Part shown: positions 22,560-35,774 of the stretch, piece by piece
Numbering within the stretch: the stretch's first letter is position 1
Layout of the letters: the number at the start of each line of letters is the position of its first letter
Assembly: GCA_013265495.1 (NCBI GenBank)
Contig: MU057560.1
Location: forward strand, 186,001-250,000
Direction of reading: 5' to 3'
Source of the DNA: Vicugna vicugna
Taxonomy: Eukaryota
DNA: 64,000 nucleotides
Made by a program: the position numbers and the translations under genes
Notes under the pieces: model-generated
Told to the model about the DNA's origin: nothing
Seen by the model: only the letters and a program-made list of their open reading frames with translations
Database searches by the model: none

Positions 22560-23960
22560 AAAAGAGATATTTTCTCTCCACCCTCAGTATTGAAATTTAT
22601 TATAAAGCAATATTAATTATTTTATTAATTAATATTAATACAGATCATAGATTAATAAAACTAGGTAGATTTAACAGCCAATAAACTCTTTTATGTCTAC
22701 AGTAATATTTTATATTGATGGAGAATGGAGAAAGTGTGAAGCTCTCCACAAACAGTGCTGATGTAACTGGTTATTTGAATGAAAAATAAATGAGATTGTA
22801 TCCCTACCTCACACCACACATACAAATCAATTCCAGATGGATAAACCCTGCAAAGTGAAAGGCAAAATGTTTGAAACTTTTAGAACATCTTTATATATTA
22901 GGTCATAAAAGGAATGCAAAATGTACCTTATTGCATTAAAATTAAGAACTTTTGTTTTAATCAAAACACATGAAAAGCAAGCTATCACTTGGGAGAAAGC
23001 CATTATGACATATGTAACCAAAAAAGTTTATTATTACCATATATATTTCATCTTTTTCTATGAGTTGATGAGAAAAAAGCAAAAGTCACCAGAAAAGTAG
23101 GGAAAAATACAGTCGTTTCATACAAAAATAAACACAACTTGTGAATAAATGTCTGGAAAGGTGTTCAACTTCATTAGTAATCAGGAAAATGTTTAATTAA
23201 AATCCTAAATGTGTTACTACTGAACAGCCAGGAGAGTAGGGGGAAGATACAGCATGATGATATTAAGTGTTGGTGAGATGCAGAGCAGGAGGAACTCATC
23301 CGCTTCCGAGGGAAGTATACATTAGCCTCTTACCAGCGACACAGAAAAGCTGGGGATCTATACATCTAAGATCCAGAAATGCTACTTCTACATACACACC
23401 CTAGAAAAACCATAGCTCAAGAGAATTAGGATATGTAAAGGCATAATCAAGGCATTGTTTTTAATAGCAAAATATTGGAAAATAACCACCTAACCAAATA
23501 TCTATCAAATGTATAGGTAAATTGTGAGCTAACTGCATTAGGGAATCTAGGACAGACTGACAGTTAAGCCACTTCTCCACAGATCAACATAGGTGCATTG
23601 AGAAAATGTAATGTTGGGTAGAACTGTAAGGAAGAGAATGAAAAGAATAATGCACATATTTATGACTGTATAAAGGTCAAACCTTGGAAATTACTAATAT
23701 TATAATTATATAATGGTTTATTTGTGTAATCAATCTCTCAGGAAAAATAAGGGAAGAATTACACAAAATAGAGGTGTAATTATTTCAGGTTATGAGTGAG
23801 GGAGGGATATTATGAGACGTGCAAATAAGGGATTTCAAATCTAGTGGCAATTGTCTGTTTCTAAAGGTTGATGAGAAGCTCATGGGGATTGATTTTATCA
23901 TTATTATGTAAATGTTAAGTATATTTTCCATTCAGTTTTGTAGGATATGTGTTTTTCTAG
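22560..23960 (+). mobile_element. Ancient L1ME ORF2 3' part and 3' UTR
   Basis: tccctacctcacaccacacatacaaatcaattccagatggat (ORF2 PYLTP..KINSRWI region); ggtgttcaacttcattagtaatcaggaaaatg; gcattgtttttaatagcaaaatattggaaa. Confidence 0.85.
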
Positions 23961-23979
23961 AATATCTCAAGATTTTTGG

Positions 23980-24112
23980 AGCTTCCAGAAGTAGCACAGT
24001 CTTGCTGACACTTTGATTTTATTTTTCTGATGTCCAGAACTGTAATGATGAGTTTTTTTTTCCCCACTAAGTTAGCAGCAATCTGTTACAGCAGCAACAA
24101 GTTAACTCATAC
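23980..24112 (+). mobile_element. MLT1 (D-like) LTR 3' fragment
   Basis: cttccagaag...tgctgacactttgatttt...tccagaactgtaa...ccactaagtt...tgttacagcagcaa...aactcataca. Confidence 0.7.
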
Positions 24113-24199
24113 ACACTCGTGGCCTGAGCCTCCCCAAGCTCCGTGTGCAAATTTTGATGGGAAAAGGGCCTGCTGTGTCTGGCTCCTGCTTCGAATCCT

Positions 24200-24428
24200 T
24201 CAGTGTTTGGGATTTACAGATACACACTGCTGCGTATAAAAGAGATAAACACCTACCATAGAGCACAGGGAACTGTGTTCAGTAGCTTGTAATAACTGAT
24301 AATGAAAAATAATAAAAAAGAACATATATGTAAGTATCACTGAGTCACTATGCTGTCCACCACAAACTAACACAACCTTGCAAATCAGCTGTGCTTCAGT
24401 GAACAAACTAACAAACAACAACAACAGA
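24200..24428 (+). mobile_element. 5'-truncated LINE-1 3' end (cetartiodactyl-type) with (AAC)n-degraded tail
   Basis: gtttgggatttacagatacacactgct...tagagcacagggaactgtgttcagtagcttgtaataac...actgagtcactatgctgt...aaactaacacaacc. Confidence 0.85.
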
Positions 24429-27400
24429 AACCCTTCAATGGATTCCTACTAGAGGGAGCAAGGAAAGGGAGGAAAGCGGGAAGACGGGGAACCTGACCGC
24501 ACAGAAGGCCCTCCTGGCCCTGGGACTTTGCACATCGCACCCCGCTACCCGAAAAGCTCCTCTTCACCCTCCACTCCGCGAACTTCTACTCACCCACCAG
24601 ATCTTGTCACATCTTCAGAAGCACCTCCTGATTCTTCACGCCCCTGAACACCACCGGGAACATGTCCTCTTCTCCCACTCTGCGCTCTTCTCTTGCGGAG
24701 AACGCGGGCGATGAGCGGTGATGGCTCTGTCTCTGCGCGCTCCCTTCTCACGCGCCCCCTCTGGCTCATGGCGCCTGGACCACGATGCCCCCTCCTCACG
24801 TGCTGCTCCCTCCGCTTCCGCCCTGCTCTTCCCGACACTGGGGACTCACTCAGGTGTCTCCTGTCTCACGCCTGCCCTGGACAGAGGCACCCCGTGCCCT
24901 CTCTCTTTTGATCTACATGCAGCCCTGCAGCGTTTTTACTGAGGTAACTCCACATTTTCCCCATACAGCCTGCGCCTTCAGATAGAGCTTTGGCAAAGTT
25001 ATAAATTCAGATGGTGGCTGTCCTGCTGAACTCGGAATATTTTATGTCTGGCTCCCTCCTTCACGGTTTCTCCCCTAGGAGCTCTTAAACCCTCAGGCAA
25101 ATGAGCCTGCCTGAGCCTGTTCCACCAGGCTCTCCCCATGGGCTTGCTCATGTCCAAATCCCACTGTCTTTGAGAAAAGGATTTCAAATACCCTACAGGT
25201 AAGAGAGTGAAATGAGAAAACATACATTTTCTAAGGGTAACATTTCTACCAATACTCCGGTGGAAATGTTGAGTTACAGCTCTCGCTCAGCAGTGAGGGA
25301 GGTGTTTGTTGAAGGAACCAACCACCCCTGGAGAGGGAAGGGCATTCTCGTCGGGCCAGAGGCATCGCTGAGCCGGGCTGCCCACTGCATCCCAGGAGCA
25401 CCTGAGCAGAGGGCCGAGCTCACAGCCTCCTCTCTAACCACAGGGAGGGAAGAGACATTTGCTTTATTTACCGTAAACAACGGAGAAAGTAGAATATGCA
25501 TCCTCCCGCAGGCCGGAATGTTATTACTGCTTTCATAAAGGTTTACCTGTCTTTGAGAGCTCACCGTGGAGAGGCATGGCTACTCTGTCCCCTCCCTGCT
25601 GTGCTTTAAGTCATTCGCCTGATTTGTCGCCATTTTCTGCAGCTGTGTAATGACTATAAAACTGGAAAAAACATAAAACATGAAAGAAAGGTGTTGAAGT
25701 CAGCCTTAAGGTACTAAATTCCTGACAGCAGCTTGTAAAGCAGTTGGGAAATAGGTGCTGTCGGGGGCTGATGACGGTTGGGAGGTGCGGAGATGGAGGT
25801 GCTGACATGGCCGGGCCTTGGTGGGCTGAGTGAGCCGGCGCCGAGGACCAGCCTGGGTGTGCCCTCCAGCCGGGCGGGAGCCACGAGGCGGGCGCGGCAG
25901 CAGGTGCCCACATGATACCTGGAGATCGGATAGCTTAACAGACCCTTCACCGGTACACTATTCGTTTTGTCACCTCTTTTCTTTGGGGACTGGATGGAAA
26001 TGCCAATGGAAAGAGATATAGTCAGGATTTTTTTTTTTTTAATGTGAAACATATGGTTGTTTTTGCCAACACAGAGCACTTTTCTCCACTTTACATCACC
26101 ATGAGTAGTGGGGCTCCTTTGAAAAGTGTCTTGATTATATAAATACCAATTAGCTTTCTCAAAATTAAAAGCAGGACAAATTTATGAAAATATTTTTGTA
26201 TAGGGTAAGCATTCAGGATGGAAAGTTTTCTTCCCCTTAGTTCTCCAATAGCATTTTTTTTGGCAATACTCTCATTATAAGCCCACGTTGTTTGCCCTGA
26301 AGCACCCCTAGTTCCCAGAGAATCCTTCTAGCACCAACAGGACAGGTGTTTCTGGAAATTTCTAGATATTTTCTAGAAAAGCTGGTACATCCTAGTGTGC
26401 AAGGTATGACTTCCTCATGACTCTCTTTAAGGTCTACAAGGTCACCTTAGGGATGAACTGACTATTGCAATTGTTTGAGCCTACTAGAAACTTCCAAGCT
26501 CTACCCAGTTCTCATCTCCTTCCAAGGACAGAGAGCCATCTTGTTCCCATACTTCCATACTAGTTATTGGACTAGTCCTGGAAGATGCAAAGCGAGTGAG
26601 GTGTGTGCCCCTTCCAAGCCGAAGACCCTCCGACACACGTTTTTCTGCCACAGTAACCCCTGCGGCACGGGCTGACAATGAGCTGTCATTCTGGACCACT
26701 GAGCCGCCACCAAGAGGACTACTGCCCTGGGAAGTCTCCTGGACCAAAGTCAGCTCTTTACAAACTAGAAATAGGATTAATTTTGGTGAGCCAGCAGAGC
26801 TTGTCGGGCTTGTGTGTTACTGCACATACCCTGGTAACACACGCACTCAACGGAGAGGGACGGAAGGACACGCGGACTGAGTCTGACGTGGTAAGCCTAG
26901 CCTGGGCTGTTGGGCCCCAAGTGTGATGCTATAACAGACTGACTAATTTCGACTTCGGGAAATGTGCTAGTTTTACTCCTATACGGACTGTGTGGTAGCT
27001 GTGGAAATGGGCCACTTGGATCTTGACAAAACCTGCTGTGGGAAGCAGAGGCCAGTGAAGCCTCTCGTCTCTGCACCCGTGAATGCTGAGCCATGCTCCT
27101 TCTAGGCTGCTCCTGGCCTTCAACCGAGTACAGGGGGAGCCCTCGTGCTGACAGATTCTTGCTATCACCGGCGGGTTACACCTGGGGGCGTACGCTGGCT
27201 TGGCTGAGATTTCTTCAGCGCTCCATTGTGCTGCGACTGTTCTGACGCGCTCCTTTCTTCTTGCTCTCCTTTCAAAGGTGTTGGAACTGCATCGAGGCTG
27301 GAAGGCCTGCTCCCTCCTCCTTCACCCTTCACAGAAAGTTCCCTCAATCAGTCAACAGTTCTGTCCTCGAGGCTGCCAAGACTCTTGCAGACACCATGCA

Positions 27401-27749
27401 TATGTGTGTCATATCTTTTATATGTTTTGGACATGAGATGAGAATGAGATCACATGACATACATTTTGCACATTGGTATCATCTAGCTCATTTGACTCAG
27501 AAAAGCTATCAGAATACCTGCTTTTGACAATAACCAGAATAATCCAACACCACTCTTAAAATGCTCCACACCCGAGACAGTAAATACTAGGAGAATGATT
27601 TAATAGGGGACAATGTAGCCAAACGAGCACTGGCAAGTTTTAGCTTCTATCTCTAAAATCAGGTAATACAAGTTATCACTCTTAAATTTATGATTATGGG
27701 TATGCAGTTTAATATATGAAACCGGATACCTGATTTGGATAAATGATTT

Positions 27750-28150
27750 ACATTAAATGCATTCCATTATCTGTCACCACTCAGGGCCTTACTAATTTCT
27801 ATAGTATTTCATTAAATTAAAAAAAATCATAAATTCATATACTATTAATAGGAAACATTACAGAAGAACCCAGACATTTAGAATTAAGCAACTCTTCCCG
27901 AAAGCTCACTTTAGTAAGGCTGATATAAAGAACAGCTTTGACAACAAATGAAAGATTTAGAAATTTATTGTAGTAACAAAATATATCAAAAGATCTGCAA
28001 GAAAAACTGAGTGTATTTGGATAATGTGGCAACAATGTGTTTACTGTCAGTGACTACAAATATATTTACTTACTTTTCCACCAAATTTACTTATATTTTG
28101 AATAATATTTCTATTTTGATGTTTTTGTAAAATATAGAATTTGGAGAACT
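27750..28150 (+). mobile_element. Possible hAT transposase 3' remnant
   Basis: AT-rich block with taaggctgatataaaga, reminiscent of the PDIK end of Charlie transposases; weak. Confidence 0.25.
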
Positions 28151-28806
28151 ACACTTTGATAATTTCTGAAAAATGTTAATTTAATGATAAATTTTCAGCA
28201 TCCTGGAGTGAAAGAATCCAAATTCAACACGCTTATTAAAGGACTGTTCAGTGCCAGGCTCTGTACTGGGCCGGTTCCTGAGCAGCTGCGGGGATCTGAA
28301 AAAGTGCCTCAGCCTCTAAACCTCACATTTCTGAATTATTTTTTAATATTTAAAATAATATGACCACGAGCCTGCAGTTGTGGGGGCCTCTGCACGTGAG
28401 AAAGAACAAATGAATAGTGAAGCGTGCTCCCTATCAAGGGCATCTTTTGATCCTAAATAGGCTATTTATGAACCTGAAACTCTTGCTGGAGATTTCAGTC
28501 CATTTCTGAATGAATGTCTGTGTTCAGGGAAGACTATTCCTTCTTCGAAATCACCTTTAAGTCTCTCTCTGGCTCTGCATTTCCTCACTCTCCCTCTTTG
28601 AGCTCTGCCACTGCTTCTGGTCCTCAGTCCCAGCCCCTCCCTCCCCCAGGCTCTTGGCCATCACTCACGTGGCACTGTTGTAACTGCCTCTCTGCGGCCC
28701 TCTGTCGCTCTCCCCAGAGTACCTCTGTGTCTGCTGGGATCCGCATCCCCGGCCCCACGCTGGCCTCCATGGTTAATTGTGATGGACTGCTTTCCTTCAC
28801 ATCATT

Positions 28807-28952
28807 CTCCTTTTGTTGAAGTGTAGTCAGTGACAGTGTGTCAGTTTCTGGTGTAGGGCATCATATTTCAGTCATCCACACGCATACCATGTGATAGCAC
28901 TCATATGTGGAATCTAAAAAAAAAGAGAAAAAAGAAGACACGGATGAACTTA
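28807..28952 (-). mobile_element. Very short 5'-inverted (twin-primed) LINE-1 insertion with 14-bp TSD
   Basis: Left half is an L1 3' terminus on the minus strand (ttgaagtgtagtcagtgacagtgtgtcagtttctggtgta); right half is upstream 3' UTR on the plus strand (taccatgtgatagcactcatatgtggaatct); flanks tccttcacatcatt / tccttcatatcatt. Confidence 0.8.
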
Positions 28953-29347
28953 TCCTTCATATCATTTGAATGGCCCCTCCTCCTACTCCATCCTTCATCC
29001 AGCGGATGAGGCTCAGCTTCACTCTGTCTCCTCCTCAGATGAAGCCATTCTCCTGGTCTGGCCTCAGGGTCTCCGCCCACACAGATCTCTTTGAATTGGT
29101 TGTCTCACCTTTGCCCCACAAGCCCCTCCCTGGTAGAAGCGGAGGAGGTCCCATCCCGTGCTGTTCTGTAAACACTGGCTTTCTGCTTACCCCTCAAGAT
29201 GGACATCTTCTGCAGCTCATGCAGCCCCTCCCCAGGGATGGAACAGGGAACATGCCCTTCCCCTGAGACCTGTGGGCTCCGCCCCGTGCCTCCCGCCCAC
29301 AGCCCCCAGCGGAACTTTTGTTTTCTGCTGACACTTTGCCTGTGGTC

Positions 29348-29731
29348 TGATCTCAGTCAGCTCAAGCTGCTATAACAAAATGCCACAGACTGGGTAGCTT
29401 AACCGACAGATTCCTTATCTCACAGATCTGGAGGCTGGAAGTCCAAGAGCAAAGTGCCATCAGGGTTGGGCTCCGGTGAGAGCCCCCTTTCTGACTTGCA
29501 GGTGGCTGCCTTACATCCGTGCCTCATATGGTGTCCCCTGTGCACGTGCAGAGAAGAGAATTCTTTCTCTCTTCCTCTTCTTCAAAGGACACGAACCCCA
29601 TCATGAGGGTCCCTTGTTACCTAACCTAACCCTGTTTGCCTCCCAAAGGTCTTGACTCTAATACCATCACACTGGGGCTTAGGACGTCAGTACAGGACTT
29701 TGGGGAGGACACACCCACTCAGTTCTTAACA
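29348..29731 (-). mobile_element. MLT1A0-type MaLR solo LTR
   Basis: ctcagtcagctcaagctgctataacaaaatgccacagactggg...ctggaggctggaagtccaag...ggggaggacaca...cagttcttaaca. Confidence 0.88.
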
Positions 29732-31014
29732 GATCCCAGGCTGGCTCCTTGCCCTTAGACATGATGCTTTACTTCTGTTCATGAGTTCCCTAGACTTGTT
29801 CCTCATTACCTTGGTAGTTGTTAGTTATTTCTGCTCACCTTGACTTCCACTTTCAGGATCCTTTTCAAGGGCTATGCTTTCTGCACCCAGAAAAGGAGAC
29901 CAGGCAGAAAGAGCCTGTGTTTTCTCGGACTCTGACATGAGCTCAGCCAAGGCTATACGCCTACGGGAACAACTACTGACACCCAAGGTATTGTAACAAC
30001 CACCCATGGTGTCCTGAACCCACCTCCTACTTCCTGGTGTTCTAGCTCTCTGATTCTCCATGGGGGTCCAATTCAATGTCTCTTCTCCCAACTCTGGTCA
30101 ATGAACTTGGTATTTGTATGTAATCTCTTCAACATTGAGCCTTACATTTCCCTGAAACCAGTTGACTTGGCTGCCATCAGGATTTCATCATCTTTTTCTC
30201 TTCCTTTGCTCTTAAACTCACCGTTAAGTCCAGCCCGAGTCTGTGAATCCAGCCTCAGGATGGAACAGGGTAGCTAGTGGGCCCTTGCCAAAAGTTAGCT
30301 CAGACCCTGGCGATGACTGGAGGGCCAGAGGGCAGTGTTTGGGACTGCTCTGGCCCTCACACCCTGCTGGGACTGGGCGCTTTAAATTCAAACAGAGACC
30401 CTCATCGGCAATTACTGCCGTTTCCCGGTCCATCTGGTTTGAACTGATCCTTTCAATTTTGATTCAACGGGGCAGATGAGATCTCAGTGGTTTCAGTATC
30501 TCGCGTTGGCAGGGCCAGCCTGACCGGAGGATGGAGCAAACGTTCTCCCATATGGGCTGATTTCGGAGGCGCTGAAGAGGGCCGCACACTCTCCTCGCCG
30601 CACCCCTCACGCGCACATCCTGCGTGAGTTTGTGCTTTCTGACTGCGCCTGAAGCCTCGCTGTCAGACCTGCAGCGCGTGGGCCTGATGATCAGAGACGA
30701 TGCATGCCCCCCGGGAAACGCAGCTCTGACTTGCGGTCGGCTCTTCATACCATCTTGAGAATTAAGAACCTGTGGGCATTTCATTGCCGTTTAGTTACAC
30801 ATTCTCCTTTCTCCGTGTGGATTTGATGAAGCTACAATAAAATTCAGTAACATGGTGAAGTAAACACATTTAAAATATGGAAAATGATCCATGGAAGACC
30901 AGCTAATCAAAATAAATATTGGTACCTTAGAAAGAGTTCTCTGTATGCAACGATTTTAGTCTTGTCCCAAGATGGATAGGAGAAGGGAATTTAGGCACAT
31001 CCACCCTAGAACTG

Positions 31015-31165
31015 ACATAATTATTTCCATTTAACAGAAGAACAAATTGAGGTTCTTAGAGCTCCAGTGAGCTGCCTTAAGCAACTATTTAATACATGAC
31101 AGAGGATATTGAAATGCAGATCTGTCTGGCTCCCAGATTCTTTCCTAAATACCATGCCACGTGCT
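31015..31165 (-). mobile_element. MIR SINE
   Basis: attatttccatttaacagaagaacaaattgagg...ttgaaatgcagatctgtctggctccc. Confidence 0.7.
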
Positions 31166-34100
31166 TTCAAAACACAGTTCTGGACGTCAAATCTGCCCCC
31201 TTCACAGTTTTGCCTAAAACCGGCCCTGCATACAGGTGTGTAAAAAGGAGAAAAGGAGAGCTCGCGTTGGCAGGTACTTCTCATTCATATTCTCAGGAGG
31301 AGCTGCTGTCTCCCCTGCAGGGGTACTTGTGGGGAATTAATCTTGCTTCATCAAAAGAAGCAACACGCGACTTACGGAGGACCCAGATACATTCCATCCC
31401 CACCAGAGCGTGGTTTATAATGCTGCAACACGACTCACATTTACGCTGCGTCTGACTTTTTTTTTCCAAAATGCCTCATTTAAATGCTGACAGATTGGTT
31501 GGCATCGTGAATGGCTTTGATATGTAATCATAAAATGGTGTGACTTGTGAAAATGTGCATAAAACTGCTGTTACCCAGACTAATTTCATGGGAGCATTTG
31601 ACTGACAATACGGACTTGTGCAAAAGTGGTGTCTGCTCAGAATCGGTGGGAGCGGGTGGCTTCGAAGGGGTCTGTTGTTATTTAGATGATATTTAAAACC
31701 CTTCTTGCTCGTTGCACTCTAAAAACCGAGAAAGCCGCCCTTGCCAGGGGAGAAACAACCCGCACCCTGGCCAAGTCCTCCCTTTCAAAGCAGCATGAGA
31801 TGATTTTTCTTTTCTTCTCCATCTCCAAATAAAGTTCCATTTTTTTAGCAAGAATCCTACAAATGCTGGATTTTGTACCTCTGAGAAGGAAAAGGTTATG
31901 GCTGTGTCCTCCTCACCTCCAAACAGCACATTTCTTTTGTTTTGACGTTAAAGGACCGAAATGCATAGGGTGGTTTGTCACAGGACAGCCGTGGAGTTGG
32001 GGGAGGGTGGGGCTTTACTCAAATCTTCTCATTGTCTCTCATGATTCCTGGGAGCTTAGAGAGGAATTCCCGAGGCAGAGACAGCCACGTGCGACCATTT
32101 CAGCGGAAGTTCTTCTTTGTGTCCCAGAGGGCTCTCTCTGACGACGAGGACGGGGCTGGTTTGCCTGGTGTATCTGTGATCCTGGCTCAGCAGGAACCAC
32201 GAGCTGGCTCTTGGCTGAGGTGGCATGTGGGTCACTTGCGCTGGGTTCAGGGCTTGCCGCTGGAGTTGAATCTATTTCTTGTTATTAACCAACATCTGCC
32301 TTGTCCATTTGCCTTTAGTTACCTGAAAGCAATGGCCCGTTCGTCCAGAGACACCTACATGGTGAACACACCCCAGCCCTCACAAACACAAGGCATATGA
32401 ATGTTCCTTAAAAGTAACCAAAACTAAAATCTGACACTTTTCAGGAAAATGCAGAACTGGCCCTTGGTAGTCAAGTATTATCAACTGGATCTGATTCTTC
32501 TCCAAGAAGCCACTAAAACTTGTGTTCATCACCGTGTCTGTGTGTCTGTGTGTGTTCTGATCAGTTTCATGTCATTCCCCTTCCTCAGAAAGAATCAAAT
32601 CATTTTGTTAAAAACAAGACAACAAGCCCCAAATGGAGTCATTTTTGCAAAGTCTCACATCACTAAACCGTGACTTAATTACAGATTCAGCTCCCCCAGA
32701 AATGGGACCTTGAACCAGGCAGTCAGACATCAGCTGGACAGCACTAGTCAGGTATCCTGCCTGGTGGATCCCTGACATCCCATAAAGGAAAGTAAATCTG
32801 CAATAACCAGCCTGCTTTTTTGCCCGGTGCAATTTCCTCGTCCCTACACCCTCCTGCCTGCGAAAGTCTTTCATTTTGCACAGCTCCTCTGAGCGCCTTT
32901 CTCTCTGCCGAATTAGAATTGATTCAAATTGATTTCTGCTCAAGCTCTTCAAAATTTTAAAATATGCCTCAGTTTATCTTTTAATAATTTCAGCCATAGC
33001 GATGAAGATGACACTAATTTTTCCCCTTCCTTTCATGTTAGAGGAGCCAGGAAAATGCCAACAGCACATCTCTGAGCTTCAGTATTTGACAGATGAATGC
33101 ACACATCTCCCCCCTTTGTACAGCATGTCGGGGAGCAAGTTGTGTGGAAGGGTAAGTGTCTTCACCCAGGGGAGACATCATCGTGCTGTAACTGCCATCT
33201 GTCGAGTCCCCACGAGCGCCAGTCTTGGGAGACAGCCACAGGACACGCTACCGGGGTGAAGGACACCTTTCCTAGGTATGGACACAGAGGGTCAGCACGG
33301 TTCACGAACTCATCCTGCGTCCACAGCGCACAACTGCAGAGTCCGGGCTGAAGACAGTGTTTCTCGGCTGCGAAGCCAAAGCTTGGCATTAATTGCTTCT
33401 CAAGGATCCCACAGGGTGTCTGTGAACCCGAATCTTAGCACTCCATCAGTGAGCCAACACCTGGCCGCTCCGCCTCAGAGTGGCATGGACTCTTGGTACC
33501 TCCTTGACTCTAACATCTTGATCAAACAAGAGACTTAATTCGAGTCTGAGGCCATTCACTAAAGGAGTGAGTTTGATTCTGCACTAAATGCCTCACCATC
33601 CCCATTTGGGTTCCGTGCTCCACATGGATTCGCAGAATTGCAGGGATGGAGAGGTGGCCAAATTGGGTAAGCGAGACCCAGCTCGTGGTGCTTGAATTAC
33701 TGTTCTGTGGCCTTGACGTTTATAAACACTGGTGCCTCTTTGCAATAGGCTTCTTTGGTGCCACAGTTAGAACTAACCTTCCCCGGGCTATAGACGACTA
33801 CTCGGCTTTATCAGTCTTCCTCAGAAGGTACTAAGGAGACAACAGTAGCCTTTTCTCCCCTTGTCCAGAGACAGCTCTACATAGAATCCAATAGAAGTAA
33901 ATCAATCATGAGTGAAAAAAGTCATGAAAAAATGAGATCTGAAATGTCGGGTTATTTTACCAATATAGAAAAAAAATCATCCTTTGCAATATTGATTTGA
34001 CAGTATGTATTATATGCATAGTTTGATAAAAAATAGAAAATATTTAAATGCCAAATATATATTAATTTGAAAGATTCTTTTCAGACTTTTCCCCAGCAGA

Positions 34101-34639
34101 GTGAAAAGGCAAGAACATGGATATTTGATTAAAACTTACTGGGCTTCAAAGTGTGGCTCTAGCAAAACTTAGTGATGTAACTCCAGGACAGGGACATAGC
34201 CTGTTCCAGACTCACTGCATCTAACTGGAAAAGGAGCAGATGGTGACCTAAGGTAGCATCTTCCCTGATCACTGCTCACCTCTCCTCCCCACCGCTTGGA
34301 CAGCATGTACATTTCCATTTCATAACATTGATCCCAGGATATTATTATTGGAATTGTTGAGTTTGGCGGGTACAGTGTTCTCAAGCATCTACAGCTGAAT
34401 TTAATTTGCATGCCAATAGACATTTTACCTGATTGCCTAGAACTTAATTAGCATAAAGTCACATAATTTCAGTCTCAGTCAGGTTTACATTTTCTACCTC
34501 TCCTCCATGTCCTCTGATTTGCAGCAAAAACTTTGGCTTGGGTGGTGGGGCAGAGAGCTGATGGGGAGGGATGTGACCAGGTTCTGCTGGAGCAGACAAC
34601 GGGCGTCCATGATTCACACAGCAAGAGCACATCTGGTGT

Positions 34640-35774
34640 TGGGACCTAATTAAACTTACAAGCTTCTGCACAGCAAAGGAAACCATAAGTAAAGTAAAAT
34701 GACAACCTATGGAATAAGAGGGAATTTTTGCAAATGAAACTGACAAAGGCTTGATCTCCAGAATATATAAGCAGCTTATACGACTTGATAAGAAAAAAAC
34801 ACACAACCCCTTCCAAAAATGGGCAGAAGACCTAAACAAGCAATTCTCCAAGGAAAAATACAAATGATCAATAGGCACATGATAAAATGCTCTATAGCAC
34901 TAATTATCAGAGAAATGCAAATCAAAACTACAATGAGGTATCACCTCACACCAGTCAGAATGGCCATCATTCAAAAGTCCACAAATGACAAATGCTGGAG
35001 AGGCTGTGGAGAAAGGGGAACCCTCCTTCACTGCTGGCGGGAATGCAGTTTGGTGCAGCCTCTGTGGAAAACAGTATGGAGATTCCTCAGAAGACTAGGA
35101 ATAGACTTACCATATGACCCAGCAATCCCACTCCTGGGCATATATCTAGAAGGAACCCTACTTTAAAAAGACACCTGCACCCTAATGTTCATAGCAGCAC
35201 TATTTACAATAGCTAAGACATGGAAACGGCCTAAATGTCCATCAACAGATGACTGGATAAAGAAGGGGTGATATATTTATACAATGGAATACTACTCAGC
35301 CATAAAAACTGACAACATAACACCATTTGCAGCAACATGTATGTCCCTGGAGAATGTCATTCTAAGTGAAGCCAGAAAGAGAAAGAAAAATACCATATGA
35401 GATCGCTCATAGGTGGAATCTGAAAAGGAAAAAAGAAAAGAATATAAATACAAAACAGAAACAGACTCACAGACATAGAATACAAATTTGTGGTTGCCAA
35501 GGGGGAGAGGGGGAGGGAAGGGACAGACTGGGATTTCAAAATGTAGAACAGATAAACAAGATTGTACTGTACAGCATAGGGAAATATATACAAGATCTTG
35601 TGGTAGCTCACAGAGAATAAAATGTGACAATGAATATATGTATGTTCATGTATAACTGAAAAATTGTGCTCTACACTGGAATTTGACACAACATTGTAAA
35701 ATGACTATAACTCGATAAAAAAGTTAAAAAATAAAAAGTAAAACAAGATTTAAAAAAGTAAAAAAAATTAAAAA
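34640..35774 (+). mobile_element. Relatively young 5'-truncated LINE-1 (ORF2 C-terminus, 3' UTR, poly(A)) with ~17-bp TSD
   Basis: ORF 34819-35166 encodes [64 protein letters not shown] (ORF2p cysteine-rich domain); the frame continues past stops; TSD aagagcacatctggtgt (34623-34639) / aggagcacatttggtgt (35775-35791). Confidence 0.97.

Noticed and set aside
34819..35166. 115-aa ORF with clear protein homology
   Set aside because: It is the C-terminal fragment of L1 ORF2p in a truncated, stop-containing element, not a host gene
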